A stretch of DNA of 62,259 bases. It comes from Pseudorhodoplanes sp. (GTDB lineage Bacteria; Pseudomonadota; Alphaproteobacteria; Rhizobiales; Xanthobacteraceae). Made by a program: the position numbers and the translations under genes. The notes beneath the pieces are model-generated. The model worked only from the letters and a program-made list of their open reading frames with translations. It searched no databases and had not been told where the DNA came from. Positions 22,722-33,016 of the stretch are shown piece after piece (the stretch's first letter is position 1; every line of letters starts with the position of its first letter). Where the stretch lies: assembly GCF_035565855.1 (NCBI RefSeq), contig NZ_DATMRX010000347.1, forward strand, positions 1 to 62,259, given 5' to 3'.

Positions 22722-23756
22722 TTAGCGCCTGACGAGGCCAACGATGTCCTTGACGGCGACCATGGTCTTTGCCGCAAGCACCCGTGCGCGGTCCGATCCG
22801 TCCGCCAGCACCGCATCGATATAAGCCGGATCGGCGACCAGCCGTTTCATTTCGCCGCCGATCGGCCCGAGTTTTGCGACGGCGAGATCGACCAGCGATG
22901 CCTTGAAGCTGGAGAATTGCGCGCCGCCGAATTCGCGCAAGACCTCTGCCTTGCTGGTTCCTTTCAGCGCGGCATAGATGCCGACGAGGTTGTCGGCTTC
23001 GGCACGCTGCTCAAGTCCTTTCTCCTCGCTCGGCAGCGGCTCGGGATCGGTCTTGGCCTTTCGGATTTTCTGCGCGATCGCGTCGGCGTCGTCGGTCAGG
23101 TTGATCCGCGAATAGTCGGATGGATCGGATTTCGACATTTTCTTCGAACCATCGCGCAGCGACATCACGCGCGTCGCAGGTCCCTGGATCAATGGCTCCG
23201 GCAACGGGAAGAATGCATCGCCGAAACCATGCCTGGCGATCGATGCGCCATAATCATTGTTGAATTTTTGCGCGATGTCGCGGGACAATTCGAGATGCTG
23301 CTTCTGATCCTCGCCGACCGGCACATGGGTCGCGCGGTACACCAGAATGTCGGCGGCCATCAAAGTCGGATAGGCGAATAGCCCGACCGAAACGTTCTCG
23401 CGATCCTTGCCGGCCTTCTCCTTGAACTGCGTCATGCGGTTGAGCCAGCCCATCCGCGCGATGCAGTTGAACACCCAGGCCAGTTCCGCGTGCTCGGCAA
23501 CCTGGCTCTGGTTGAAGACGATATGCTGCTTCGGATCGATGCCGCAGGCGATGAAGGCCGCGGTGACTTCGCGAATGGCCCGCGGCAATTCTTCCGGATC
23601 CTGCCAGGTGGTAATGGCATGCAGATCGACCACGCAGTAAATGCACTCGAAATGCTTCTGCAGTTCGACGAATTTGACGATCGCGCCGAGATAATTGCCG
23701 AGATGCAGGTTTCCGGTCGGCTGCACGCCGGAAAAAACCAGTTGCTTGAAGGCCAT
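22722..23756 (-). CDS. trpS: tryptophan--tRNA ligase
   Basis: [29 protein letters not shown]. Confidence 0.98.
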   Translation of the reverse strand: MAFKQLVFSGVQPTGNLHLGNYLGAIVKFVELQKHFECIYCVVDLHAITTWQDPEELPRAIREVTAAFIACGIDPKQHIVFNQSQVAEHAELAWVFNCIARMGWLNRMTQFKEKAGKDRENVSVGLFAYPTLMAADILVYRATHVPVGEDQKQHLELSRDIAQKFNNDYGASIARHGFGDAFFPLPEPLIQGPATRVMSLRDGSKKMSKSDPSDYSRINLTDDADAIAQKIRKAKTDPEPLPSEEKGLEQRAEADNLVGIYAALKGTSKAEVLREFGGAQFSSFKASLVDLAVAKLGPIGGEMKRLVADPAYIDAVLADGSDRARVLAAKTMVAVKDIVGLVRR

Positions 23757-23855
23757 GATCGACTCTTTGGGTGAGGCGCGGGTGAATGCCACGCAATGGC
23801 GGCGTGGGCAAGACCCTCAGCCTAGACCCCCAGCCAAGACCCTCGGCCAACACCC

Positions 23856-25409
23856 TCAATGCAGCCGGAACAATGTGCGCCATTCCTGGGACCGCACCAC
23901 CCCGGTCAGCCACAGGCAGGACGCATAAAAGGCCATTCCGGCGCCGCTCACGGCCATGAGCAAGGCGGCCTGCGTCAGGCCTCTTTCGAGCTCGGCCAGC
24001 TGGAAGAATTCGGCCATCAGCCGTGCGAAAATCCCCATGGCCAGCGCCGACAACCCGATCAACAGGAGGCGACGCCACTCGCCGGCTCCAAACCGCAGGT
24101 GTCCGCGTCTCGTTGCGATCAGCCAGAGGAGGCCGGCGCTGATCCAGCCTGACAAACCGACCGAAAGAGCGATGCCGGTCGGCCGGCCGAGGAACATGAA
24201 GCCGAGGCTTCCAATCAGCGCGGCGACGAGCCCGACGGCCGCAGCAATCATCGGCGTGCGGGTATCCTCGCGTGCGAAGAAAATCGGCGACAATGCCTTC
24301 ACCAGGACGTGGCCCGGCAGGCCGACCGCGAATGCGCCAAGCATCGCCGCAGTCGCGCTGCTGTCGGCCATCGTGAATGCGCCGCGCTCGAACAGGATGC
24401 GGACGATGGGCCAGGCCAGCAGGGCCAGCGCGATGGCGGCTGGCATTGCCAGTCCGAGCGCCATCTCGATGCCGTGCCGGATGGTTCGCGGTGCAAGCTC
24501 GTGATCGTCGCCGCGCATCGCATGCGTGAGCGCCGGCGTCATCACCGTCCCGATCGCGATCCCGACGATGCCGAGTGGCAATTCGACAAGGCGGTTCGCG
24601 TAATAGAGCCATGCCACCGCGCCCGGCCAATCGGATGCGACCATCACGGCGACGATCATGGTGAACTGCGGAATGCCGGTTGCGATCAGACCGGGGATCG
24701 CGCGTGCGGCAAACTGCGATGCTTCCCGCCTTGGCAGGAAACCGAGCGGCGTTGCTTTTTCCGGACCCGCCCACACGGCGCAGGCGACGAGCCCAAGCTG
24801 ACACAGTCCGGCGCAGGCGATCGATGCAGCGAGAATGCGCGCGGACAGGTCAGTGTCTCCCGCATGCGTGAAGTGGATCGCCGACAGCGCGGCGAGGACA
24901 ACGACGTTGAAGATCAGCCCCGCCAGTGCCGGCATGTTGAAACGGTGATTGGCGTTGAGCACACCCATCAGCACGGCGACAGGACCCGCCAGGATCAAAT
25001 AGGGCAGCATCAGTCGCGACAATTCGATCGAGAGCGAGAGCGGCCCCGGACGGTCTGCGAAGCCCGGCGCGAGCGTCAGCATCAGGAGCGGCATCGCGAG
25101 CGCAAGCAGGACCGATATTGCAAGCAGCACCGCGCTCACCGTACCGATCACCCGGCCTGCAAAGGCCCCGGCAAGGTCCTCGCCGCCTTCGTCGCGCCGG
25201 CGCAGATACATGGGCACGAACGAAGCGTTCAGCGCGCCTTCGGTCAGAAGGCGCCTGACGAGGTTCGAGAACTGGAACGCAACCACAAATGCATCGGCGC
25301 GCGCACTCGCGCCGAACAGCGCCGCGATCGCGACATCGCGCACGAAGCCGAGCACGCGGGAGGCCAGCGTCGCCGCGCCGACAACGGCAATGTTCCGGGC
25401 AATCGACAT
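23856..25409 (-). CDS. murJ: lipid II flippase MurJ
   Basis: SRVLGFVRD, RRLLTEGAL, YYANRLVELPLG, LFERGAF. Confidence 0.94.
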   Translation of the reverse strand: MSIARNIAVVGAATLASRVLGFVRDVAIAALFGASARADAFVVAFQFSNLVRRLLTEGALNASFVPMYLRRRDEGGEDLAGAFAGRVIGTVSAVLLAISVLLALAMPLLMLTLAPGFADRPGPLSLSIELSRLMLPYLILAGPVAVLMGVLNANHRFNMPALAGLIFNVVVLAALSAIHFTHAGDTDLSARILAASIACAGLCQLGLVACAVWAGPEKATPLGFLPRREASQFAARAIPGLIATGIPQFTMIVAVMVASDWPGAVAWLYYANRLVELPLGIVGIAIGTVMTPALTHAMRGDDHELAPRTIRHGIEMALGLAMPAAIALALLAWPIVRILFERGAFTMADSSATAAMLGAFAVGLPGHVLVKALSPIFFAREDTRTPMIAAAVGLVAALIGSLGFMFLGRPTGIALSVGLSGWISAGLLWLIATRRGHLRFGAGEWRRLLLIGLSALAMGIFARLMAEFFQLAELERGLTQAALLMAVSGAGMAFYASCLWLTGVVRSQEWRTLFRLH

Positions 25410-25562
25410 GTCACATGCTGCTTGTCACATGATGCTTGGGATGCAGCCCCTTCGGATGCCCACTCTAGCGGCCGAACTCGCGTGCGGTCACGCCTGCGCT
25501 TCCATTTGCCCCGCCGGACCGCATCGCTATAGTGCGCCGCCCTTCGACCAGAGGATTCACGA

Positions 25563-26561
25563 ATGACAGCTCCCCGCTATGACGTTCTTGGAATTGGCAA
25601 TGCAATCGTCGATGTCATTGCCCGCGCCGAGGACGATTTTCTGATCAAGCAAAACATGCAGAAGGGGGGCATGGCCCTGATCGACGAGGCGCGCGCGGCC
25701 GCGATCTATGACGCCATGGGCCCGGCGACGGAGAGTTCGGGCGGCTCTGCTGCCAACACGATTGCCGGCGTCGCGAGTTTCGGCGGGCGCGCCGCCTTCG
25801 TCGGCAAGGTGCGCGATGACGTGCTCGGGACGGTGTTCGCGCATGACATTCGTGCGCTCGGGGTTGGCTTCGATACGCCGCGTGCGAATGACGGGCCGTC
25901 CACGGCGCGCTGCTACATCATGGTGACGCCGGACGGCGAGCGGACCATGAACACCTATCTCGGCGCCGCCCAGAACCTCTCGCCGGACGATATCGACCCG
26001 AAGCTGATCGGGGATGCCGCCATCACCTATCTCGAAGGTTATCTGTGGGATCCGCCGCAAGCCAAGGAGGCGTTTCGCAAGGCGGCGAAAGCGGCGCACG
26101 ACGCCGGTCGCAAGGTGGCGTTGACCCTGTCGGACGCCTTCTGCGTTGGCCGCTATCGCGATGAATTCCTGAAGCTGATGCGCGACCGCACCGTCGATCT
26201 CGTGTTTGCCAATGAGGCCGAGCTGAAAAGCCTTTACGAAACCGCGGATTTCGATACCGGCATTGCTGCCTTGAAGAACGACGTGGCGCTCGCGGTCGTC
26301 ACCCGCAGCGAGAAGGGCTGCGTGGTCGTGAGCAAGGACAACACATTGGCGGTGCCTGCGGCCCCGATCGAAAAGCTTGTCGATACCACCGGCGCCGGAG
26401 ATTTGTTCGCGGCGGGCTTCCTGTTCGGTCTTGCGAACGGGCGCGATCATGCCGCCTGCGGCAAGCTTGCGGCCCTCGCTGCGGCTGAGGTGATCCAGCA
26501 TATCGGGGCACGTCCGGCAGTATCGCTGAAAGCGCTTGCCCAGGAGAATGGGCTGCTCTGA
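25563..26561 (+). CDS. adenosine kinase / PfkB family kinase
   Basis: GNAIVD, GGSAANT, DGERTM, ANEAE, DTTGAGDLFAAGF. Confidence 0.92.
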   Translation: MTAPRYDVLGIGNAIVDVIARAEDDFLIKQNMQKGGMALIDEARAAAIYDAMGPATESSGGSAANTIAGVASFGGRAAFVGKVRDDVLGTVFAHDIRALGVGFDTPRANDGPSTARCYIMVTPDGERTMNTYLGAAQNLSPDDIDPKLIGDAAITYLEGYLWDPPQAKEAFRKAAKAAHDAGRKVALTLSDAFCVGRYRDEFLKLMRDRTVDLVFANEAELKSLYETADFDTGIAALKNDVALAVVTRSEKGCVVVSKDNTLAVPAAPIEKLVDTTGAGDLFAAGFLFGLANGRDHAACGKLAALAAAEVIQHIGARPAVSLKALAQENGLL

Positions 26562-26622
26562 ACGTCGAAGGGGCGCTGGCTCGCGCCGGCGCCCCTTATG
26601 AGAGACAATCGTCGCGGCAGGC

Positions 26623-27132
26623 TCAGGATTGCCAGGCGAAGGCAACCTTATCCAGCACGCGGGTGCCGAACCGCTCGGACGAGCGAGCCACGGCGCGTCC
26701 GCCAAGCGCACGATAGAATTCCACCGCCGGCTCGTTGTCGGACAGCGCCCAGATCACAAGGCTCTTCAGTCCGCTTTGCGCAAGATCGCGGCGCGCGGCC
26801 GTGAACAGCCTGCGGCCAAAGCCAAGTCCCTGAAATTCAGGCTTGAGATAAAGTTCGTAAATCTCGCCCTCGTAATACAGGCTGCGAGCGCGGTTGCGAC
26901 CGTAATTGGCGTAGCCGGCGATCGTATCGCCGAACTGCATCAGCGCGATGCGGCTGCCCTTGCGGATCGCCGAATGCCACCAATCCGGGCCACGGCGATT
27001 GATCAGCTTCTCGAGTTCGGGGCCGGGAATGACGCCCCGATAAGCTGCGCGCCACGCCTCGTCATGAGCGACCGCGACGTCGGAAGCGTCGGACGGCCGG
27101 GCACGTCGAATCTCGATCAGGGTCGTACTCAT
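26623..27132 (-). CDS. GNAT family N-acetyltransferase
   Basis: IYELYLKPEFQGLGFGRRL and N...FY motifs; start at ATG 27132. Confidence 0.9.
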   Translation of the reverse strand: MSTTLIEIRRARPSDASDVAVAHDEAWRAAYRGVIPGPELEKLINRRGPDWWHSAIRKGSRIALMQFGDTIAGYANYGRNRARSLYYEGEIYELYLKPEFQGLGFGRRLFTAARRDLAQSGLKSLVIWALSDNEPAVEFYRALGGRAVARSSERFGTRVLDKVAFAWQS

Positions 27133-27324
27133 GCCGCCATATGAGCAAGCAGCGAGTCGGCGTTCAAGCCCCAAGATTAATGATCGGTAAAGGTGTGGAT
27201 TTTTTGCACCGGTCGGGCCCGTAAAATTGGAACGGCCCCAACCAGCCCTGCTCACGAAGGTCTGATTTTATTGGAGTTTTTAGATGTGTTGTCCGGCCTG
27301 TCCCATCACAGGACACGGACTGTG

Positions 27325-29151
27325 TCACACTGTTTCGGCTTCCTTGCGGCGCTCTTCCTTCTTGCGATCGTTCGGATCGAGCAGCTTCTTGCGCAGGCGG
27401 ATCGATTTCGGCGTGACCTCAACCAGTTCGTCGTCCTGGATGTATGCGAGCGCCTTTTCCAGCGTCATGCGTATCGGAGGCGTCAGCCGCACCGCCTCGT
27501 CTTTCGAGGTTGTGCGGATGTTGGTGAGCTGCTTGCCCTTGAGCACGTTGATCTCAAGATCGTTGTCGCGCGTATGCTCGCCGACGATCATGCCGCGATA
27601 AACCTTCCAGCCCGGCTCGATCATCATCGGGCCGCGATCCTCGAGTTTCCACATCGCGTAGGCGACCGCCTCGCCCTGTTCGCTTGAGATCAGCACGCCA
27701 TTGCGGCGGCCCATGACCTCGCCCTTGTAGGGCGCGTAGGAATGGAACAGGCGGTTCATCACGGCGGTGCCGCGCGTATCGGTGAGGAGCTCGCCCTGAT
27801 ACCCGATCAGGCCGCGCGTCGGTGCATGGAATACCAGCCGCAGGCGGCCGCCGCCGGACGGCTTCATCTCCAGGAGATCGGCCTTGCGCTCGGCCATCTT
27901 CTGCACGACGACGCCGGAATGCTCCTCGTCGACGTCGATCACCACTTCCTCGATCGGCTCGGTGAGCGTGCCGTTCTCGTCGCGCTTCAGCAGCACTTTC
28001 GGCCGCGACACCGAAAGCTCGAAGCCTTCGCGGCGCATCGTCTCGATGAGGATGCCAAGTTGCAATTCGCCGCGACCGGCGACCTCCATCGAGTCCTTCT
28101 CGTCGGATTCGGAAACACGCAACGCGACATTGCCTTCGGCTTCGCGCAGCAGGCGATCGCGGATCATGCGACTTGTGACCTTCGTGCCCTCGGTGCCGGC
28201 GAGGGGCGAGTCATTGACGCGGAACGTCATCGCAAGCGTCGGCGGATCGATCGGCTGTGCGGGGAGGGGGGTGTCCACCTCCGGAGCGCAGATGGTGTGG
28301 GCAACGGTCGCCTCGGGCAGGCCCGCGATCGAAACGATGTCGCCGGCCTCGGCCTCGTCGAGCGGTGTCCGTTCGAGACCGCGGAACGCAAGCACCTTGG
28401 AGATGCGGCCTTCCTCGATCACTTTCCCGTCGCGATCCAGCACCTTCGCCATCTGGTTCGGCTTGACGGTACCCGAGGTGATGCGCCCGGTGATGATGCG
28501 GCCGAGATACGGGTTCGACTCCATGATCGTTCCGAGCATCCGGAACGGGCCCTCTTCGATCTTCGGCTCCGGGACATGCCGTAGGACGAGGTCGAAGAGC
28601 GGCTTCATGCCCTCATCTTTCGGGCCGTCCTCGGCGAAATTCATCCAGCCTTCCTTCGCCGAGCCGTAGAGGATGGGGAAGTCGAGCTGCTCGTCGGTTG
28701 CGTCCAGCGCCGCGAACAGATCGAAAACCTCGTTGATGACCTGGTTCGCGCGTGCGTCCGGACGATCGACCTTGTTGATGGCGACGATCGGCTTGAGGCC
28801 CATCTTCAGCGCCTTGCCGACAACGAACTTCGTTTGCGGCAGGGGGCCTTCAGCGGCATCGACAAGAACGATCGCGCCATCGACCATGTTCAGAATGCGT
28901 TCGACCTCGCCGCCGAAATCGGCGTGGCCCGGCGTGTCGACGATGTTGATGCGGACGTCGTTCCAGACGATGGACGTGGCCTTGGCGAGGATCGTGATGC
29001 CGCGTTCCTTTTCCAGGTCGTTGGAATCCATCGCGCGTTCGGCGACGCGCTGATTGTCCCGGAACGTCCCGGATTGCTGCAGCAGGCGGTCGACCAGCGT
29101 GGTCTTGCCATGGTCGACATGCGCGATGATCGCGACGTTGCGGAGTTTCAT
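27325..29151 (-). CDS. typA: translational GTPase TypA/BipA
   Basis: [47 protein letters not shown]. Confidence 0.98.
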   Translation of the reverse strand: MKLRNVAIIAHVDHGKTTLVDRLLQQSGTFRDNQRVAERAMDSNDLEKERGITILAKATSIVWNDVRINIVDTPGHADFGGEVERILNMVDGAIVLVDAAEGPLPQTKFVVGKALKMGLKPIVAINKVDRPDARANQVINEVFDLFAALDATDEQLDFPILYGSAKEGWMNFAEDGPKDEGMKPLFDLVLRHVPEPKIEEGPFRMLGTIMESNPYLGRIITGRITSGTVKPNQMAKVLDRDGKVIEEGRISKVLAFRGLERTPLDEAEAGDIVSIAGLPEATVAHTICAPEVDTPLPAQPIDPPTLAMTFRVNDSPLAGTEGTKVTSRMIRDRLLREAEGNVALRVSESDEKDSMEVAGRGELQLGILIETMRREGFELSVSRPKVLLKRDENGTLTEPIEEVVIDVDEEHSGVVVQKMAERKADLLEMKPSGGGRLRLVFHAPTRGLIGYQGELLTDTRGTAVMNRLFHSYAPYKGEVMGRRNGVLISSEQGEAVAYAMWKLEDRGPMMIEPGWKVYRGMIVGEHTRDNDLEINVLKGKQLTNIRTTSKDEAVRLTPPIRMTLEKALAYIQDDELVEVTPKSIRLRKKLLDPNDRKKEERRKEAETV

Positions 29152-29347
29152 GCAATGGTGTCCAGAATCAAAAACGCGGGCCAAAGGACGCTTATCGGAG
29201 CGCTCCGCCGGGCCCGCTTATTGCGGCGCAATATAGTCAGGAACGCTCGCGAGGCAACCGACGATTCCGGCGGTATCGAGATTGGGCAGGATGGACGGCA
29301 ACCCAGCGAATCGCGCCTGAAGGCGGGCAGAACCGATCAGTTCCGCG

Positions 29348-30493
29348 TTACGCCGTACCGGCCGGGCGGCTCCAGGGTCCGCGCGGGGCTGCGTTGCCGC
29401 CCAGACTGAAGCCCTTCGGCATCGCCTGGCTGACCATCATCAATTCGCCGAGCGTTTCGGTGGTAATCAGCCCGACAAGGCGGCCATCCGGCTCGATCAC
29501 CGCCACCGCAGGCACCGAGCGCTCCTGCAAGAGCTTCACCGCTTCCTCGAGCGGGCGGCGGCGATCGATGGAAACCACATCGGTGGTCATCGCTTCGCTG
29601 ACGCGGGCCTCCGGGCCGAACTCCTTGAGAGCGCGAATGATATCGGAGCGCGTGAGGAGGCCCGCAGGCCGGCTTGCGCCATCAACCACCGGAAATTCGC
29701 TCTGGCTGGTTTGCAGCAGCACCTGCACCGCGTCCTCGATCAGCGAATCCGGCCGCAGCGTCGCGAGCTGTGTCATGGTCGCGGTGACCACCGGCACGCC
29801 GCGCGAGACCGCACGCAACGCAACCATATGCGCCTCGGAGGACGCTGCGAGATAAACGAAGATCGCAATGAAGATCAGGATCGGATTGTAGAACAGCCCG
29901 AGAAAGCCGAGCAGAAACGCCGCAAATTGTCCGATCGAGGCGGCAATCTCGGTTGCGCGCACGAAGCCGAGCCGCGCGCTCAAGGCCGCGCGCAGCACGC
30001 GGCCGCCATCCATCGGAAAGGCCGGGATCAAATTGAAGATGGCGAGGAACAGGTTCACAGCCGCGAGCTTGTCCACCATCGGGATCTTGGTGTTGTCGAG
30101 TCCGGCGAAGGCGGCGTTGGAACTGACATCGGCGCCGCCGATGGTGAGGAGGAGCCCTGCGATCACGATATTGACCAGCGGACCTGCGATCGCGATCAGG
30201 AATTCCTCCATCGGTTTTTCCGGAATGCGCTCGAGCCGAGCCACGCCGCCGATCGGCAGCAGCACCACGTCAGGCGTGACCACGCCGAAGATGCGGGCGG
30301 TGAAGATGTGGCCGAATTCGTGCAGCAACACGCAGAGAAAGACGAGAAGGATGAAGATGACGCTTGTCCAGGCGGCGCTCGACCCGCCGGATGCGTAGGT
30401 CGCGCCGAAAATCCAGACCAGGAACAGGAGGAAGGTGATGTGGATTCGGACCGCGGTCCCGGCGATCGATCCGATGGTGACAGACCAGCCCAT
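29348..30493 (-). CDS. site-2 protease (M50) with C-terminal CBS pair
   Basis: HEFGH, NLIPAFPMDGGR and CBS repeats; start at ATG 30493. Confidence 0.93.
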   Translation of the reverse strand: MGWSVTIGSIAGTAVRIHITFLLFLVWIFGATYASGGSSAAWTSVIFILLVFLCVLLHEFGHIFTARIFGVVTPDVVLLPIGGVARLERIPEKPMEEFLIAIAGPLVNIVIAGLLLTIGGADVSSNAAFAGLDNTKIPMVDKLAAVNLFLAIFNLIPAFPMDGGRVLRAALSARLGFVRATEIAASIGQFAAFLLGFLGLFYNPILIFIAIFVYLAASSEAHMVALRAVSRGVPVVTATMTQLATLRPDSLIEDAVQVLLQTSQSEFPVVDGASRPAGLLTRSDIIRALKEFGPEARVSEAMTTDVVSIDRRRPLEEAVKLLQERSVPAVAVIEPDGRLVGLITTETLGELMMVSQAMPKGFSLGGNAAPRGPWSRPAGTA

Positions 30494-30669
30494 GCTTGCC
30501 TCGCGACCCAGCCGCTTCGATCGGCCCCTGAAAGAAGCTAATATCGAATCAAGGCTTGTTGAAGGGCATTGGTTTCTCCGCTCATGGCCAAGCAGGGGCG
30601 GACATCCGGACCTTGCGCGCTGGGGCCCCCGCCTGCGCAGGGACGAGCGGACGAAGTGGAGGATATGCA

Positions 30670-30960
30670 ATGGCCGAAAAGCTTACCGGCGAGGCGCGCA
30701 AGGCGGCGCTCGCAACGATCCCCGGCTGGACCGAGCTGATGGAGCGCGACGCGATCTTCCGCAAATTCGTATTCAAGGACTTCAATGAAGCCTTCGGCTT
30801 CATGACCCGGATCGCGCTGATCGCGGAGAAGCGCGATCACCATCCGGAATGGTTTAACGTCTACAAGACCGTCGAGGTGACGCTTGCGACGCACGATGCA
30901 GGCGGCGTCACCGAGAAAGACATCGCGCTGGCACAGGCGATGGACAGGCTGGCGGGGTAA
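30670..30960 (+). CDS. 4a-hydroxytetrahydrobiopterin dehydratase (PCD)
   Basis: [27 protein letters not shown]; GGAGG RBS. Confidence 0.95.
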   Translation: MAEKLTGEARKAALATIPGWTELMERDAIFRKFVFKDFNEAFGFMTRIALIAEKRDHHPEWFNVYKTVEVTLATHDAGGVTEKDIALAQAMDRLAG

Positions 30961-30972
30961 TTTTGTTTCTTC

Positions 30973-31118
30973 ACCTCTCACCGCTTGCGGGAGAGGTCGA
31001 CCGAACGAGCGAAGCAAATAAGGCCGGGTGAGGGGGACTTTCAACGGTTGAGACTTCGCGAAGCCCCCTCACCCGGCTCGCATCTTCGATGCTCCCTCTC
31101 CCCGCAAGCGGAGAGAGG
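30973..31118. repeat. CCCTC/GAGG-type composite palindromic element
   Basis: Terminal hairpins (acctctc...gagaggt; cctctc...gagagg) flank the internal inverted repeat gccgggtgaggggg/ccccctcacccggc. Confidence 0.85.
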
Positions 31119-31127
31119 AAAGCAGCC

Positions 31128-32540
31128 TCAGCTATACATCACCTGCACGTTGGTGTTTTCGAACAGGCCTTCCTCGCCGAATTCCACGCCGATGCCGGAG
31201 CCCTTCACGCCGCCAAAGGGTGCGTTGGGCTGGATCGCGCCGTGCTTGTTGATCCAGACCGTACCGCACTGGAGCTGCGCGCCGATCTCGCGCGCCCTGT
31301 CGATATTCTTCGACCAGACCGAGCCGCCGAGGCCGTTCGGATTGTCGTTGGCGCGCACGATCACCTCGTCGATGTCGGAATAGCGGATGATCGGCAGGGC
31401 CGGTCCAAACTGTTCCTCGTCGACCAGCGGATTGCCGTTGTCGAGCCCGCCGATCAGCGTGACCGGATAGAACAGGCTGCCCTTCTGCGGCTCTCCGCCC
31501 ATCAGCACCTTGCCGCCGGCCTGTTTCGCCGCTTCGACGAGGCGCGCGACCTTGTCGTACTGCATCCGGTTCTGCACCGGGCCGAGCTGCGAGTCATCCT
31601 TCAGGCCGTCACCCATCGGGATGGTTTTGGCGAAATCGACCAGCGCCGCGCAGACTTCGTCATAGACGTCGTCATGCACATAGAGCCGCTTCAGCGCCGC
31701 GCAGGTCTGGCCGTTATTGATGAAGCCGCCCCAGAACAGCCCCGGCGCGATCCCACGCGGATCGACATCCGGCAGCACGACGCCCGCGTCGTTGCCGCCG
31801 AGTTCGAGCGTGAGACGCTTGAGCGTATTCGCCGCGCTCGACATCACCTTCCTGCCGGTCGACGCCGAGCCGGTGAACACGATCTTGCCGATCCCGTCAT
31901 GGGCCGACATCGCAGCGCCGATAGAGTCCTCGCCGGCAATGCCGTTGACGACGCCCGCCGGCAGCACCTCGTTCATCAGCTCGATCATGCGCAAGGTGGA
32001 GAGTGGCGTGTAGGGCGACGGCTTGTTGACCACCGTATTGCCGGCGCGGATTGCCGGGATGATGTGCCAGATCGCGATCAGCACCGGCCAGTTCCACGGC
32101 GTGATCGAACCGACCACGCCGATCGGCCGGCGATGCAGCTCGATGCGGCCTTCGTTGTTGTCCTGGATCACCTTCACCGGAATATCGAGATCGGCGGTGT
32201 AATGCGCCCAGGCGCCGGCGCCGCCCATTTCGAACCGCGAGCCAAGCCCGTTCAGCGGCTTGCCCTGTTCGAGCGTGATCAGGCGTGCGATCTCTTCGGC
32301 ATGATCGCTGAGCTTCTGCGCGACCGCGTGACAAAGCGCCTTGCGCTCGTCATGCGAGGTCTTCGACCAGGATGCAAAGGCGGTCTGCGCGGCATCGACG
32401 GCGGCATCAAGATCGGCGGGCGTCGCCTTGGGGGCAAGGCCGACAACTGCGCCGGTCGAGGGGTTGCGGACCTCGAAGTGATCCTGCGTCGGGACGGATT
32501 TGCCGCCGATGGTGAGACTGTAGCGGGTCGTTTCCTGCAC
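31128..32540 (-). CDS. aldehyde dehydrogenase
   Basis: ITPWNWP, FTGS, LELGGND, NGQTC, EEQFGP, PFGGVK. Confidence 0.96.
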   Translation of the reverse strand: MQETTRYSLTIGGKSVPTQDHFEVRNPSTGAVVGLAPKATPADLDAAVDAAQTAFASWSKTSHDERKALCHAVAQKLSDHAEEIARLITLEQGKPLNGLGSRFEMGGAGAWAHYTADLDIPVKVIQDNNEGRIELHRRPIGVVGSITPWNWPVLIAIWHIIPAIRAGNTVVNKPSPYTPLSTLRMIELMNEVLPAGVVNGIAGEDSIGAAMSAHDGIGKIVFTGSASTGRKVMSSAANTLKRLTLELGGNDAGVVLPDVDPRGIAPGLFWGGFINNGQTCAALKRLYVHDDVYDEVCAALVDFAKTIPMGDGLKDDSQLGPVQNRMQYDKVARLVEAAKQAGGKVLMGGEPQKGSLFYPVTLIGGLDNGNPLVDEEQFGPALPIIRYSDIDEVIVRANDNPNGLGGSVWSKNIDRAREIGAQLQCGTVWINKHGAIQPNAPFGGVKGSGIGVEFGEEGLFENTNVQVMYS

Positions 32541-32559
32541 GTGACGTTATCCTTTTGAG

Positions 32560-32862
32560 TTATTGTTCCGGCGCGAAGTGGACGATGGTCGCGCCCTTGG
32601 GCGAGTAATTCGGCACGTCCGCCGCCACCTTCTGACCCATCTCGGATTGCATCGCCTGGCCCATGGCCTGCGGCGAGTCGAAGAACGCCTGGAAGATGCA
32701 GAACGGTGCGTTTTCGGCCGGACCCACCGCCGCGGGATAGGCGTAATGGCAGGACTTCAACCCCGGCAGCTGCTTGGCCAGCGGGATATGAACCTCCTTG
32801 TAGTATTTTTTGAAATGCGCCTCGTCGTCGGGACGCGGATAGAGAACAGTGAGGCAGTGCAT
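32560..32862 (-). CDS. EthD family protein
   Basis: VLYPRP...FKKYYKEVHIPLAKQLPG...VAADVPNY, an EthD-like pattern; GAAAGGA RBS. Confidence 0.85.
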   Translation of the reverse strand: MHCLTVLYPRPDDEAHFKKYYKEVHIPLAKQLPGLKSCHYAYPAAVGPAENAPFCIFQAFFDSPQAMGQAMQSEMGQKVAADVPNYSPKGATIVHFAPEQ

Positions 32863-32913
32863 CTGGGTGTTTTCCTTTCAGTGCCGAAGCGCGGATGAAT
32901 TGAATGCGCTCGC

Positions 32914-32986
32914 GATCATGCCCTGACGCGGCGAAGACGGGCATCCAGAATGCTTTATCCTGGGGTGCCGCGCCTGCGCGGGGTAG
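32914..32986. repeat. degenerate GTCAT-type REP doublet
   Basis: gatcatgccc...gggcatccag...ctggggtgccgcgcctgcgcggggtag resembles 1907-1986 with several substitutions. Confidence 0.55.
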
Positions 32987-33016
32987 CGGAATTAATCGCG
33001 TTCGCTCAATATCGTC

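Noticed and set aside
23254-24804. 516-aa minus-strand ORF overlapping murJ and trpS
   Set aside because: Alternative-frame, Arg-rich translation over two intact core genes.
30670-30960. PCD without phenylalanine hydroxylase as an unusual pathway
   Set aside because: Orphan pterin-4a-carbinolamine dehydratases are common in bacteria.
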